Part shown: positions 1 to 10,416 of the stretch, piece by piece
How positions within the stretch are numbered: the stretch's first letter is position 1
Layout of the letters: each line of letters begins with the position of its first letter
Source: an uncultured Clostridia bacterium
GTDB lineage: Bacteria; Bacillota; Clostridia; Christensenellales; UBA1242
Direction of reading: 5' to 3'
Length of the DNA: 64,000 nucleotides
Assembly (NCBI GenBank): GCA_937893125.1
Contig: CALBHW010000038.1
Coordinates: forward strand, 1,247-65,246
The notes under the pieces: generated by a model
Seen by the model: the letters and a program-made list of their open reading frames with translations, nothing else
The model's database searches: none
What the model was told of the DNA's origin: nothing
Made by a program: the position numbers and the translations under genes

Positions 1-1110
<1,110 letters not shown>

Positions 1111-1199
1111 TTATAAAAAAACAACAAAACAAGTCAATTTTTGAAAAAAAAAATTAAAAAAACGCTAAAATAAAACAATTCTTAACAAAAAGTAGTAAA

Positions 1200-1415
1200 A
1201 AACAACAAATTTTGACACAAAACAATATTTAAAATTTGATGTAAAAAACAAAAATTGACATAAAATAATATCTTTTATCATTTATAAACAATCTTTGACA
1301 TAAAAGGACAAATTGCGACATAAAAACAACAATTTGTAACAAAATTTGACAAAAACTAACAAGTTTTGACAAAAAAATATAAAAAATGACAAATAACAAC
1401 AAAATTTGATATAAA
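1200..1415. repeat. Phased array of about 10 TTGACA-like hexamers embedded in A-tracts (gyrB-gyrA intergenic region)
   Basis: Hexamers start at 1212, 1236, 1255, 1295, 1313, 1334, 1346, 1366, 1386 and 1406. Most spacings are 19-20 bp. The top strand is extremely A-rich. Confidence 0.6.
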
Positions 1416-1457
1416 ACAACAAAAAATTAACCAAAAAGGCATAAAAAAGGAAAAAAA

Positions 1458-3968
1458 ATGAGCATAGACGAAAAAGAAAAAAGAGAAGATTTTGTCGACA
1501 ACACAAAGTACATTATGGTGCACCTAAACGAAGAAATGAAAAAGTCTTTCATTTCGTACGCAATGGCGGTTAATGTTTCGCGTGCAATTCCAGATGTTAG
1601 GGATGGTTTAAAGCCTGTTCACCGTCGTATTTTGTATGATATGGGCGAAATCGGGCTTACAAATGATAAACCTTTCAAGAAATGCGCGCGTATTGTTGGT
1701 GATGTTTTGGGTAAATTTCACCCACACGGAGACTCGTCTGTTTATGACGCACTCGTAAGACTTGCGCAAGACTTTTCTATCAATGAACCACTTGTCGACG
1801 GACAAGGTAACTTCGGTAGTATTGACGGCGACCCACCAGCGGCGTACAGGTACACCGAAGCGAGACTTTCGAAAATCGCGAACGAGATGCTCCGCGACAT
1901 CGATAAGGAAACAGTCGATTTTTATCCAAACTTCGACGGCACGACGCAACAGCCTGTTGTTTTGCCTGCTCGTTTTCCTAACCTTCTTGTCAACGGTTCT
2001 GACGGTATTGCGGTTGGTATGGCAACAAATATTCCACCACACAACCTAGGCGAAGTTATTGACGGCGTCATTGCTCTTATCGAAAACCCAGCTATTGACA
2101 TTGACGACCTTATAAAATACATTCCAGCGCCAGACTTCCCAACGCGTGGGCTTTTGCTCGGGCGTGCGGGGGCGAGAACAGCGTACAAAACGGGGCGTGG
2201 CTCGATTATTATTCGCGCGAGATGTGAAATTGAAGAAGGCGAAAAGCACAGTAGAATTGTTATCACAGAACTTCCTTACCAAGTCAACAAAGCAAAACTA
2301 ATAGAGCAAATTGCCGACCTTGTTAAAGACAAGAGAATCGAAGGCATTAGCGACATTAAAGAAGAGTCGGACAGACACGGAATGCGTATTGTTGTTGACG
2401 TCAAACGCGACGCAAACGCACAAGTTGTGCTTAATCTTCTATATAAACACACCCCACTTCAAACAACTTTTGGTATTATTTTCTTGGCTCTAGTAAACGG
2501 CGAACCAAAGATTTTGAACCTAAAAGAAATGCTTTACTACTACTTAGAGCACCAAAAAGAAGTTGTTGTTAGAAGAACAAAATACGACTTAGAGAAGGCG
2601 CTTGAAAAAGAGCACATTTTGGAAGGGCTTGTTATTGCGCTTAACAATGTAGACGAAGTTATCAAAATTATTAAGGCAAGCCAAGACAAAAACGACGCAA
2701 ATGTCAAACTTTGCGAGAGATTTGGACTTAGCGAACGCCAAGCGAACGCTATTCTTGAAATGAGACTTCAAAGACTTACAAGTCTTGAAGTTTACAAAAT
2801 CGAAGAAGATTTGCGCGAGGTTAAGGCGCTTATTGAAGATTTGCGCGCGATTTTGGGCTCAGACCAACGCGTTCTTGACATTATAAAAACCGAACTTCTC
2901 GAAATTAAGGAAAAATATGCGACTGAGAGAAGGACGGAAATCACAATCGACTATAACGACCTTGACATCGAAGATTTTATCGAAAAAGAGGACATTGTTG
3001 TCTCATTAACTCACACAGGCTACATCAAACGCCAACCAGTTAGCGAGTACAAGTCGCAAAGGCGTGGCGGGGTCGGTGTTTCGGGGCACAAGACAAAAGA
3101 GGACGACTTTGTTGAAAAAATGTTTGTGTGCAACACGCACGACAATTTGCTTTTCTTCACAAATCTAGGGCGTGTGTACGCGAAAAAGGCATATATGTTG
3201 CCAGAAGCACAAAAGAACACGAAAGGCAGGGCGATGATAAATCTCCTTCAAATCGCGTCGGGCGAACTTGTGACTGAGATTATCAAACTTGACGACAACG
3301 AGTCGGGTAACCTTGTTATGGCGACGAAGAACGGGCTTATTAAGAAAACGACAATTGACGAGTTTAGACATATTAACAAAAACGGCAAAATTGCCATTAA
3401 ACTTCTTGATAACGACAAACTTATTTCCGTCCAAGTCACAAACGGCAAAGACGAAATTTTGATAGGAACGCACGATGGGAAATGTATCCGTTTTAGCGAG
3501 CAAAATATTAGGCGTCTTGGTAGAAATTCGCAAGGTGTCAAGAGCATAACCCTTAACAAAGAGGACTATGTTGTCGATATGTCGATAATTAAACCTGATT
3601 GCGAAATTTTGACAATTTCCGAAAACGGTTACGGCAAACGAAGTGCAACGGACGAATTTAGGCTTCAATCTCGTGGCGGAAAAGGCATAAAAGCGGGTGT
3701 TTTCAACGAAAAAACGGGCAAACTCGTTAACTTAAAACAAGTTAAACCTGACGAGGACCTTATTTTGATTTCGGACAACGGAACGATTATTAGACTTGAA
3801 GTCGAGCAAATTAGTTCTCTTAGTCGTAACACGCAAGGCGTCAAAATTATGAGACTGAAAGATAAAAATTATAAAGTTGTTTGTGCTTCTGTGACCGAAC
3901 ATCAAGATGACGACGACGACGCTGAAACTGAAACTGAATTAGAAGTCGAAACCCCAGCGGAAGAATAG
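1458..3968 (+). CDS. gyrA: DNA gyrase subunit A
   Basis: 836 aa. N-terminal [45 protein letters not shown], catalytic-Tyr region [11 protein letters not shown]-terminal repeat domain and acidic tail. Follows gyrB. Confidence 0.97.
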   Translation: MSIDEKEKREDFVDNTKYIMVHLNEEMKKSFISYAMAVNVSRAIPDVRDGLKPVHRRILYDMGEIGLTNDKPFKKCARIVGDVLGKFHPHGDSSVYDALVRLAQDFSINEPLVDGQGNFGSIDGDPPAAYRYTEARLSKIANEMLRDIDKETVDFYPNFDGTTQQPVVLPARFPNLLVNGSDGIAVGMATNIPPHNLGEVIDGVIALIENPAIDIDDLIKYIPAPDFPTRGLLLGRAGARTAYKTGRGSIIIRARCEIEEGEKHSRIVITELPYQVNKAKLIEQIADLVKDKRIEGISDIKEESDRHGMRIVVDVKRDANAQVVLNLLYKHTPLQTTFGIIFLALVNGEPKILNLKEMLYYYLEHQKEVVVRRTKYDLEKALEKEHILEGLVIALNNVDEVIKIIKASQDKNDANVKLCERFGLSERQANAILEMRLQRLTSLEVYKIEEDLREVKALIEDLRAILGSDQRVLDIIKTELLEIKEKYATERRTEITIDYNDLDIEDFIEKEDIVVSLTHTGYIKRQPVSEYKSQRRGGVGVSGHKTKEDDFVEKMFVCNTHDNLLFFTNLGRVYAKKAYMLPEAQKNTKGRAMINLLQIASGELVTEIIKLDDNESGNLVMATKNGLIKKTTIDEFRHINKNGKIAIKLLDNDKLISVQVTNGKDEILIGTHDGKCIRFSEQNIRRLGRNSQGVKSITLNKEDYVVDMSIIKPDCEILTISENGYGKRSATDEFRLQSRGGKGIKAGVFNEKTGKLVNLKQVKPDEDLILISDNGTIIRLEVEQISSLSRNTQGVKIMRLKDKNYKVVCASVTEHQDDDDDAETETELEVETPAEE

Positions 3969-4038
3969 TTTTCTTTAAGCAAAATCAAAAAAATATGCTA
4001 TGTTTTTGAAAAAAAATGCTTACATTAAAATTTTAAAA

Positions 4039-4066
4039 ACACTCTACATTTGTAGGGTGTTTTGCT
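4039..4066 (+). terminator. Rho-independent terminator after gyrA (hairpin usable on both strands)
   Basis: acactctaca/tgtagggtgt stem followed by tttgctttt. Confidence 0.7.
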
Positions 4067-4117
4067 TTTATGGCATTAAAAGAACCTTTATATGTCTACT
4101 TCACTTAGTCTTTTGTT

Positions 4118-4325
4118 TATCCCCTATGTTAAAGGGCGCACTGAGTTTCGCTGGTTGCCCCTTGTAAGGGGGAGTACCCCGAAGGGGGGTAGGGGTAGTT
4201 GGGTCCCCAAAAGTAGCAACGAATGTGAAACTTTTGGGGATAAGGAGAGACAGCCCGCTAGTCGAGTGATTGTGGAAACAATCCGAGTTGAAGGGCTTGG
4301 CTCGACGCGGGGTAGTAAGATTGAA
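4118..4325. ncRNA. Unclassified GC-rich structured element (candidate ncRNA)
   Basis: GC content is far above the flanking DNA. Stacked helices: 4204-4214/4230-4240 (11 bp); 4255-4266/4301-4310; gattgt-GGAA-acaatc at 4268-4283; cccc-gaag-gggg at 4177-4188; cccc/gggg at 4158-4172; possible long-range ccccta (4121-4126)/tagggg (4190-4195). Strand is unresolved: a GNRA loop favours +, a UUCG loop favours -. Confidence 0.5.
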
Positions 4326-4425
4326 ACGTTTTATTGATTTTATGTAGGTTGTTTTATAAAAAACATATTTTAAGAAAAATTTTCATATTTATTATAATAA
4401 CTTTTTAAAGAAAAGGGGAATAGAT

Positions 4426-4707
4426 ATGGAAAATAATCAACCACAAAAAAGTTTTTCGGACAGTTTAATAACATTGCAAAATAGGAAAAATTTGAGCCTA
4501 ACTGGCGTAGAAAAGGTTTACGAAGCAAGCGAGACAAAGGTTCAAGTGAAAGTCGCGGGAAGTAACCTTTTGATTGCGGGAGAGGGACTAACAATTACAA
4601 AAATTGATGTTGACGCGGGGCTTCTTGACCTTGTGGGAACAGTAAACGAACTAAAATATATCGGGACGGAAAACAAGCAAAATTTCTTTAAGAGATTGTT
4701 TAAATGA
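4426..4707 (+). CDS. yabP: Sporulation protein YabP
   Basis: 93 aa. ITLQNRKNLSLTGVEKVYEASETKVQVKV.GSNLLIAGEGLTITKIDVDAGLLDLVGTVNELKY fits the YabP family pattern. RBS aaaagggga. Overlaps the next gene by 4 nt. Confidence 0.8.
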   Translation: MENNQPQKSFSDSLITLQNRKNLSLTGVEKVYEASETKVQVKVAGSNLLIAGEGLTITKIDVDAGLLDLVGTVNELKYIGTENKQNFFKRLFK

Positions 4708-5327
4708 CCCTATTTTCGACATTAAGTGAACCTTATGTTTTGTTACTTTTTCTCTATTTAGGTGCAGTTTGTGGGCTAATTTTTTATTTTGCGCGCTTTA
4801 TTTTTTCTTTTCTTGATAGGCGAAAACTTTTATCAACCGACCTTTTAGAAAATGAAAAATCAAAAAAAATAGTCTCAAAAAAAGACAAACAAGAAAAACC
4901 GCGGGCAAAAAATACTTTAAAACAAAAAAATAAGCAACTAAAAGTTGAAAAGAAGAAAAGTGATAAAATTTTACTAAGAGAAAAACGGTTTGAAAAGCGA
5001 AAAAAAGAGCAAGAAAAAAGAAAAGTTAAGCAAAAAGAGTTCTTTATAAAAACGGGGCATATTTTAGCTATGTGTCTATTGAAAATAGGGCAACTTATTG
5101 CCCAAACGGGTAAATTTGTAATATTTGTGGCATTAGTTTTTGCAACTTACCTTTGTAACCTTAGGCTTAATTATGGCGAAATCAATTTTGTGTGCATTAT
5201 TGCCTACATTTTTGCTTTTTTCTTGTCTGGATATTTTCTCAAATTGCTTGCCAAATTTTTTGTGACGTTTTATACTAAAAAAAGGAAAACAAAAGAAAAC
5301 AAAAGCGTGACAAAACAGCCTACCTAA
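4704..5327 (+). CDS. yabQ: YabQ-like spore cortex biosynthesis membrane protein
   Basis: Translationally coupled to yabP (ATGA overlap). N-terminal TM with LYLGAVCGLIFYFARF, Lys-rich central loop, C-terminal TM segments. Gene order matches yabP-yabQ-divIC of Bacillus. Confidence 0.55.
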   Translation: MTLFSTLSEPYVLLLFLYLGAVCGLIFYFARFIFSFLDRRKLLSTDLLENEKSKKIVSKKDKQEKPRAKNTLKQKNKQLKVEKKKSDKILLREKRFEKRKKEQEKRKVKQKEFFIKTGHILAMCLLKIGQLIAQTGKFVIFVALVFATYLCNLRLNYGEINFVCIIAYIFAFFLSGYFLKLLAKFFVTFYTKKRKTKENKSVTKQPT

Positions 5328-5361
5328 TTTGAGAAGTACAAAAGTTAAAAAGGGGGAAAAT

Positions 5362-5535
5362 ATGGACAAAAACGATAAAAAATCTAAGTTACTTCTTGGA
5401 ATGATTATTGCAATTATCGCGATTTTACTTGTTGGGATAGTTTATCAATTTGTTTGCATAAAACGCCTTCAAAAGAAAATCGACCAATACGAAAACTCAA
5501 GTGCAACCATTAGCGCAAGTTATAAGATGTCCTAA
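5362..5535 (+). CDS. Small single-pass membrane protein at the divIC/ftsB position
   Basis: ATG at 5362 preceded by aaagggggaaaat. 57 aa: basic N-terminus, one TM, short helical tail (IKRLQKKIDQYE). Only the synteny suggests a DivIC-like role. Confidence 0.4.
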   Translation: MDKNDKKSKLLLGMIIAIIAILLVGIVYQFVCIKRLQKKIDQYENSSATISASYKMS

Positions 5536-5658
5536 TTTTTCCGCTAGTTTGAGATCGCAAAAACATTACTAATTGTATAGCATTTTTATAAAATTGCAGT
5601 TTAGAATGAATTTTAAATAAAAATTTTTTCAAGTTGTTTTTTAAAATATGCAAATAAT

Positions 5659-5687
5659 TTGACAAATTCTTGTCATAATATTATAAT
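5659..5687 (+). promoter_or_regulatory. Consensus sigma-A type promoter
   Basis: TTGACA (5659-5664), 17-nt spacer, TATAAT (5682-5687), about 35 nt upstream of the ATG at 5722. Confidence 0.75.
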
Positions 5688-5721
5688 ATCAGCGTATATT
5701 TATATAAAAGGGGAAACAAAT

Positions 5722-5949
5722 ATGGCAAAATCAAAAAAGAGTGATTATTTCGGACTAGGTTATGTTGTTAGTTTGATTCTCGCAATCATTCCTGTCACAT
5801 CTTGGATTTTGGGCGCAGTTACCAGAATTATGGAAGGCAAATGGGTCGCGGGCATTCTAAGAATTATCCTTGGATGGAACATCATTTGGATTCTTGACAT
5901 CATCTTTATGGCTTTACAAAAACACATTTTGAGACTTCTCAATGTGTAG
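5722..5949 (+). CDS. Small integral membrane protein (2 TM), function unknown
   Basis: ATG at 5722 with RBS aaaagggga. 75 aa, two hydrophobic helices. A weak hairpin plus T-run follows at 5967-5992. Confidence 0.6.
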   Translation: MAKSKKSDYFGLGYVVSLILAIIPVTSWILGAVTRIMEGKWVAGILRIILGWNIIWILDIIFMALQKHILRLLNV

Positions 5950-6409
5950 TCTATAAGAAAAAGTCAAAAGGGGCCTTTAAAGCCCTTTTTTTGTTGCCAA
6001 AAAGACACTAAAACCTTTTAATACAATACTTTTTTTGAAAATTTTTTTAAAAGTGACTTAATATTTTTTGTTGAAAATCTTTTTAGCGATGATATAATAA
6101 TATGGGAGAAAAATCGATACAAAAAAATTTAAAGCAACTTCAAAATTTATTTCAAACACGCTTGCATAGAACTCTCACAGTAAGCCAAACACTCCATTTC
6201 CTAGCATACAAGAAGATACTATATATGTAGGTGGTGATAAGCGTTTTAATAAATTTTTGTTATTATAAACAACACATTAACAAAATACAACAAGTAGGTA
6301 GACAGGTGTTTTGATAAATTTTGATGTTTTATGTTGATTGGTGTGTTTTAAAAATACATCTAAAATGTCACCAATAAAACCTTTTGTGTTGATTTCTAAA
6401 AGTAGGTTT

Positions 6410-6958
6410 ATGAAAAAGAAAATGTTGTTACATAGTTGTTGTGGACCTTGTTCCACGGCGTGCATAGATAGATTAAAGGACGAGTACGACTTGACCGTAT
6501 TTTATTATAACCCAAATATCTATCCCGTAGGAGAATATTTGCATAGGTTGTCTGAACAAATGCGTTACATAAAAGAAGCTCACATTGACGCCGTGGTTAT
6601 TGACGGGAAATACGACGACAGCCCACTTTTTTATAAGGCGTTCGCGGGACTTGAAAAGGAAAAAGAAGGCGGGGCAAGGTGTAAAATATGTTTTGCTTTG
6701 CGCCTTGATAAAACAGCTAAATACGCAAAAGAAAACGGCTTTGACATTTTTGCAACAACTCTTAGCGTCTCCCCACACAAAGACGCAAAACTCATTAACG
6801 AAATCGGACAAAATTTGGCACAAAAATACGACATAGAATATTTGGTGAGTGACTTTAAGAAAAAGGACGGCTATCTTATATCAATAAAAAAATCTAAAGA
6901 ATATAACCTTTATAGGCAAAACTATTGCGGTTGCAAATATTCGATTTATGATAAGTAA
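6410..6958 (+). CDS. queH: Epoxyqueuosine reductase QueH (DUF208)
   Basis: From the MKKKM start: LLHSCCGPCS, CKICFALRLDKTAKYAKENGFD.FATTLSVSPHKDA and NYCGC are the conserved Cys clusters of QueH. Confidence 0.85.
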   Translation: MKKKMLLHSCCGPCSTACIDRLKDEYDLTVFYYNPNIYPVGEYLHRLSEQMRYIKEAHIDAVVIDGKYDDSPLFYKAFAGLEKEKEGGARCKICFALRLDKTAKYAKENGFDIFATTLSVSPHKDAKLINEIGQNLAQKYDIEYLVSDFKKKDGYLISIKKSKEYNLYRQNYCGCKYSIYDK

Positions 6959-7106
6959 ACTAAAAATTTAGTTTTAGAATATATTTCAAATTTTAGACCT
7001 CAAAAGATGTAAATAAATTAGTTTTTTTTCCAAAAAGTTAGACTAGTTTTTTTAAAAAAATGTTGAAATAATTTTTTAAAAAAACAAGTAAATATTATTA
7101 ACAAAA

Positions 7107-7138
7107 TTATCCACAAAATTAACGCAAAATGTGGATAA
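7107..7138. promoter_or_regulatory. Inverted pair of perfect DnaA boxes (also a hairpin followed by a T-run)
   Basis: TTATCCACA at 7107-7115 and TGTGGATAA at 7130-7138, followed by ttttttt. Lies in a 440-bp AT-rich convergent intergenic region. Confidence 0.5.
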
Positions 7139-7400
7139 TTTTTTTATATATTTTTCTTATATTTTTTTTTGATACATTTCGCTTATGAAGCAAGATGTAT
7201 GAAAAATGATTGTAAAAAAATCTTTAAAAAAATCACATAAAAAATTATATGAAAAATCAATTAAAAATTATATAAAAAATAAATTTTAAAATAGTAATAT
7301 TAAAGCAAAAAAATCCTAAAAAAATTAGGATTTTTTTTGGTTTAAATTACTAAATATCATTTATATTTTTTGTAATTTTTATTATTAGATTTTGTCGTTG

Positions 7401-9758
7401 CTATTTCGCTTTTTGTGACTTTTTTTTGATTGAAAATAGAAAAATCTTTTCAAATAACCATTTTAAAGCCGAGTAGAGAAGGGAAATTGCACATAAACTT
7501 ATTGCAATAAATATTAGTTCTGGCTTCCCAAGTTCGACATAATTAAAGAACGAATTTGGAAGAATTGCGAATGTCGCGATTGCAAGTAGTAGCATTGAAA
7601 AAACGATTAGCGCGCGATATTTGTCGAGTGGCAAGCAAAGTGTGAGAAGAATGAAGAACGCGCCAAAAGTTACGCAATAGGAAATGAGTGTGCTTATAAG
7701 TTCGATTTGGTTTGTCATTGAGCAATAGATGTAGCACGCGACACTACTAAGGAAAAGTACGAGAGCACCAGGAAGTGCCTTTGACGACAAACTCGCAATA
7801 AATGACCCATCGACCCGTTCTTTGCTTGGTTGAAGCGCCAAGAAGAAGGCAGGGATTCCGATAAAGAATGTTTCCCAAATTAAAATTTGGTTTGGTTGCA
7901 AAGGGTAGTCGTAGGTTGGCGAAATAAGGACAAAAATGGTCAAGAATATTGCAAAAAATGTTTTTGTTAAAAAGAGACTTGACGCTTTTGAAATATTGTT
8001 TATAACTCGCCTACCTTCCGCGACGATACTTGGCATTGCGGAAAAATTGTTATCGAGCATAATAAGGTTGCTAGCACTCCTTGTTGCTTCGCTTCCGCTC
8101 GCCATAGCAATTGAACAGTCCGATTCTTTGAGCGCCAAAATATCGTTTACGCCGTCACCCGTCATTGCAACTTTTTTACCTTGTGCTTTCAGGGCTCTAA
8201 CAAGCGTGCATTTTTGTTCTGGCGTCACGCGCCCAAAAACATTGTAGTCGCCCGCAATTTTTGCAACTTCGTCAAGCGACATATTTTCCAAACTTATGCA
8301 TTTGTCATAGCCCGCGACCCCCACTTTTCTTGAAATGTTGCTCACTGTGTCAACATTGTCGCCCGAAATAATTTTGATTTCGACGCCGTTATTATTAAAC
8401 CACGCGATAGTGTCTTTTGCGTCTGGGCGAATGTTGTCCTCAATTGTAATAATCGCGATTGGGGTGTTATCTTTTGAGATGTTTTCGTCAATATTTTTTT
8501 CTTTTGACTCGCACAAAACAATGACGCGGTAGCCTTCGCTTGTCAAATGTTTTATGGTGTCCTTTGTGTCTTTCGCGAGTTTATTTGTCACAAATTCGGG
8601 CGCGCCGAGCATAAAAGTCCCAAGCGTCTCAAATTCGACCGCGGAAAACTTCCTTTCACTACTAAACTCGACTATATTTTTGGGTGTTTCAAGTGTTGTT
8701 TCGTCCGCCCAAAAATATTTTGAAAGAGCAAGGTTGGTGTTGTTTTGAGTCTTGGTCGCGTGCAAATAATTTTGCATAATTTTAGTGACATCGTCGCTAC
8801 TTTTGTCAATGCCTAAAACACTTTTAACTGACATTGTGCCGTCAGTTAGTGTGCCCGTTTTATCTAAACACAAAACATTTGTGCGCGCTAGCATTTCAAT
8901 TGAATATAGTTCTTGAACAAGCGTTCTCTTTTTTGCAAGGTTTATGACCCCAACAACAAGCGAAACACTCGTGAGTAGAAACATTCCAACAGGCATCATT
9001 CCAATAATTGAACCCGATGTGCGCTCGATTGTGGCTTTAAGGTCGTAACTTCCGCGCAAATCAAGAAAAGTTAAAACGCCAAGCGGAATAAGAATAAAGC
9101 CGATTGAGCGAATAATTATGTTAAGCGTCTTTAAAATGTCGCTTTGATTTTCCTTAAATTCGCGCGCTTTTTTAATCAAAGTCGAACTATATGTTTCAAG
9201 CCCGACCTTAGTAATTAAGGTTTTCGCCGTGCCACTTACGACGAAACTCCCGCCCAAAAGTTTGTCACCTTTTTGTTTTTTAATAGGCTTGCTTTCGCCA
9301 GTTAAAAGACTTTCGTTGACTTCGACTGTGCCGTCCACGACTTCGCTATCAGCGCAAATTTGGTCGCCATTTTTAATAAAAACGATGTCATCTTTTACAA
9401 CGCAGTTTTGGGGAATTAAAACGCGTTCTCCGTCGCGCAAGGCGTCGACTTTGCAGTCGTTAATGACGCTAATTTTGTCGACCATTTTTTTTGCTCTAAT
9501 TTCTTGCACGAGCCCGATAATTAGGTTACACAAGAAGATAACCGCAAAGGAAACATTTTTTGTGCTTCCGATAGCGACGAGCATGCCTGCAATCAAAAAA
9601 CAAATTATGTTAAAAAGAGTAAAAACATTTTCAAAAATAATTCTAGCATATGATTTTGTTGTTTTAGTTAAAAGCGTATTGACTTGCTTATTTTTCACCC
9701 TTTCGTCGACCTGCGCTTTTGTCAGACCGTTTTCGTAATCAATTTCGATTTGTTCCAT
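7401..9758 (-). CDS. Cation-translocating P-type ATPase (HAD-IC family)
   Basis: 785 aa. Motifs TGES, phosphorylation site CLDKTGTLT, and hinge MTGDGVNDILALKESD. About 8-10 TM segments. Confidence 0.9.
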   Translation of the reverse strand: MEQIEIDYENGLTKAQVDERVKNKQVNTLLTKTTKSYARIIFENVFTLFNIICFLIAGMLVAIGSTKNVSFAVIFLCNLIIGLVQEIRAKKMVDKISVINDCKVDALRDGERVLIPQNCVVKDDIVFIKNGDQICADSEVVDGTVEVNESLLTGESKPIKKQKGDKLLGGSFVVSGTAKTLITKVGLETYSSTLIKKAREFKENQSDILKTLNIIIRSIGFILIPLGVLTFLDLRGSYDLKATIERTSGSIIGMMPVGMFLLTSVSLVVGVINLAKKRTLVQELYSIEMLARTNVLCLDKTGTLTDGTMSVKSVLGIDKSSDDVTKIMQNYLHATKTQNNTNLALSKYFWADETTLETPKNIVEFSSERKFSAVEFETLGTFMLGAPEFVTNKLAKDTKDTIKHLTSEGYRVIVLCESKEKNIDENISKDNTPIAIITIEDNIRPDAKDTIAWFNNNGVEIKIISGDNVDTVSNISRKVGVAGYDKCISLENMSLDEVAKIAGDYNVFGRVTPEQKCTLVRALKAQGKKVAMTGDGVNDILALKESDCSIAMASGSEATRSASNLIMLDNNFSAMPSIVAEGRRVINNISKASSLFLTKTFFAIFLTIFVLISPTYDYPLQPNQILIWETFFIGIPAFFLALQPSKERVDGSFIASLSSKALPGALVLFLSSVACYIYCSMTNQIELISTLISYCVTFGAFFILLTLCLPLDKYRALIVFSMLLLAIATFAILPNSFFNYVELGKPELIFIAISLCAISLLYSALKWLFEKIFLFSIKKKSQKAK

Positions 9759-9828
9759 ATTTGTCCTTAATAGTAATACATATAGTTATATATATATTTA
9801 CATATATATTGTGCAAAAGTTGCGAAAA

Positions 9829-10416
9829 TTAGTTAAGTTGTTTTACGACGCACGAGCAAAGGTCGTCAATGAGATATTTTGCGTCGTCGCTGTCAAAGTC
9901 GAAATCCTTGTCAATCTCTTCGGTGAGCGCGCCGATAATTCCGCAAAAAGCAAAGTTCAAATAAACATCATCAATCTTGTAAAGAGTGCCTTCATCTTCG
10001 CCCTTTTCGCAAATTTGTGTGAAAAGCGAATAAATGACTTCGCGACATTTATACAACATTTCAGTAATTGTGTCTGCGTTGTCCTCACTTAGGAAAGGCG
10101 CGTAGTTGTCAAGGAAAGTCCAAGGCATAACCATCCAGTAATTTGCTTTCATAGTGATGATAATTGCCTTTAAAAATGTCTTTAAACTCGACCTAAAAGT
10201 GGTTACTTTAAAACTCGACGAAAAGAACTTTATCATCTTGTTGAGATAATAAATAATGCTGTTATAAATCATTTCGTCTTTGCTTGAAAAATACTCGTAA
10301 ATTGTGCTTTTTCCCATTTCGCAACGCTTTGCAACATCGGACAAGGTAATTGACTTATAGTCCACGCGGTCGTTAAGCATTGACAAGACTTCTTCATATA
10401 TTATTTCTTTTTTCAT
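9829..10416 (-). CDS. TetR/AcrR family transcriptional regulator
   Basis: 195 aa. N-terminal HTH ITLSDVAKRCEMGKSTIYEYFSSKDEMI. Confidence 0.8.
   Translation of the reverse strand: MKKEIIYEEVLSMLNDRVDYKSITLSDVAKRCEMGKSTIYEYFSSKDEMIYNSIIYYLNKMIKFFSSSFKVTTFRSSLKTFLKAIIITMKANYWMVMPWTFLDNYAPFLSEDNADTITEMLYKCREVIYSLFTQICEKGEDEGTLYKIDDVYLNFAFCGIIGALTEEIDKDFDFDSDDAKYLIDDLCSCVVKQLN

Noticed and set aside
1111-1457. oriC, or a DnaA-box cluster, in the long gyrB-gyrA spacer.
   Set aside because: No TTATCCACA-like boxes are present. The repeats are TTGACA-type. This is reported instead as a phased-repeat finding.
1282-1506. 74-aa minus-strand ORF (Phe/Leu/Cys-rich) in the gyrB-gyrA spacer.
   Set aside because: It is a translation artefact of a poly-A/T low-complexity region and overlaps the gyrA start.
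4118-4325. Known housekeeping RNA here (RNase P, tmRNA, SRP/4.5S, 6S), or a CRISPR repeat because of the ..GATTGAAAC ending.
   Set aside because: None of the universal blocks I remember is present: GAGGAAAGUCC for RNase P, a tRNA-like CCACCA end for tmRNA, or the GGAAGCAG SRP domain IV. ATTGAAAC occurs only once and has no repeat periodicity.
4092-4337. 81-aa ORF from the six-frame track, considered as a protein-coding gene.
   Set aside because: It has no RBS. The sequence is built from G/C-run hairpins and the translation (..GGRGSWVPKSS..) is not protein-like. An RNA or DNA structural element explains it better.
6100-6409. preQ1 riboswitch upstream of queH.
   Set aside because: I found no P1 hairpin followed by an A-rich tail resembling the preQ1-I consensus (..GGUUC..ACCC..UAAAAAACUA..). 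There is only an AT-rich stem (attggtg/caccaat) with a 23-nt loop.
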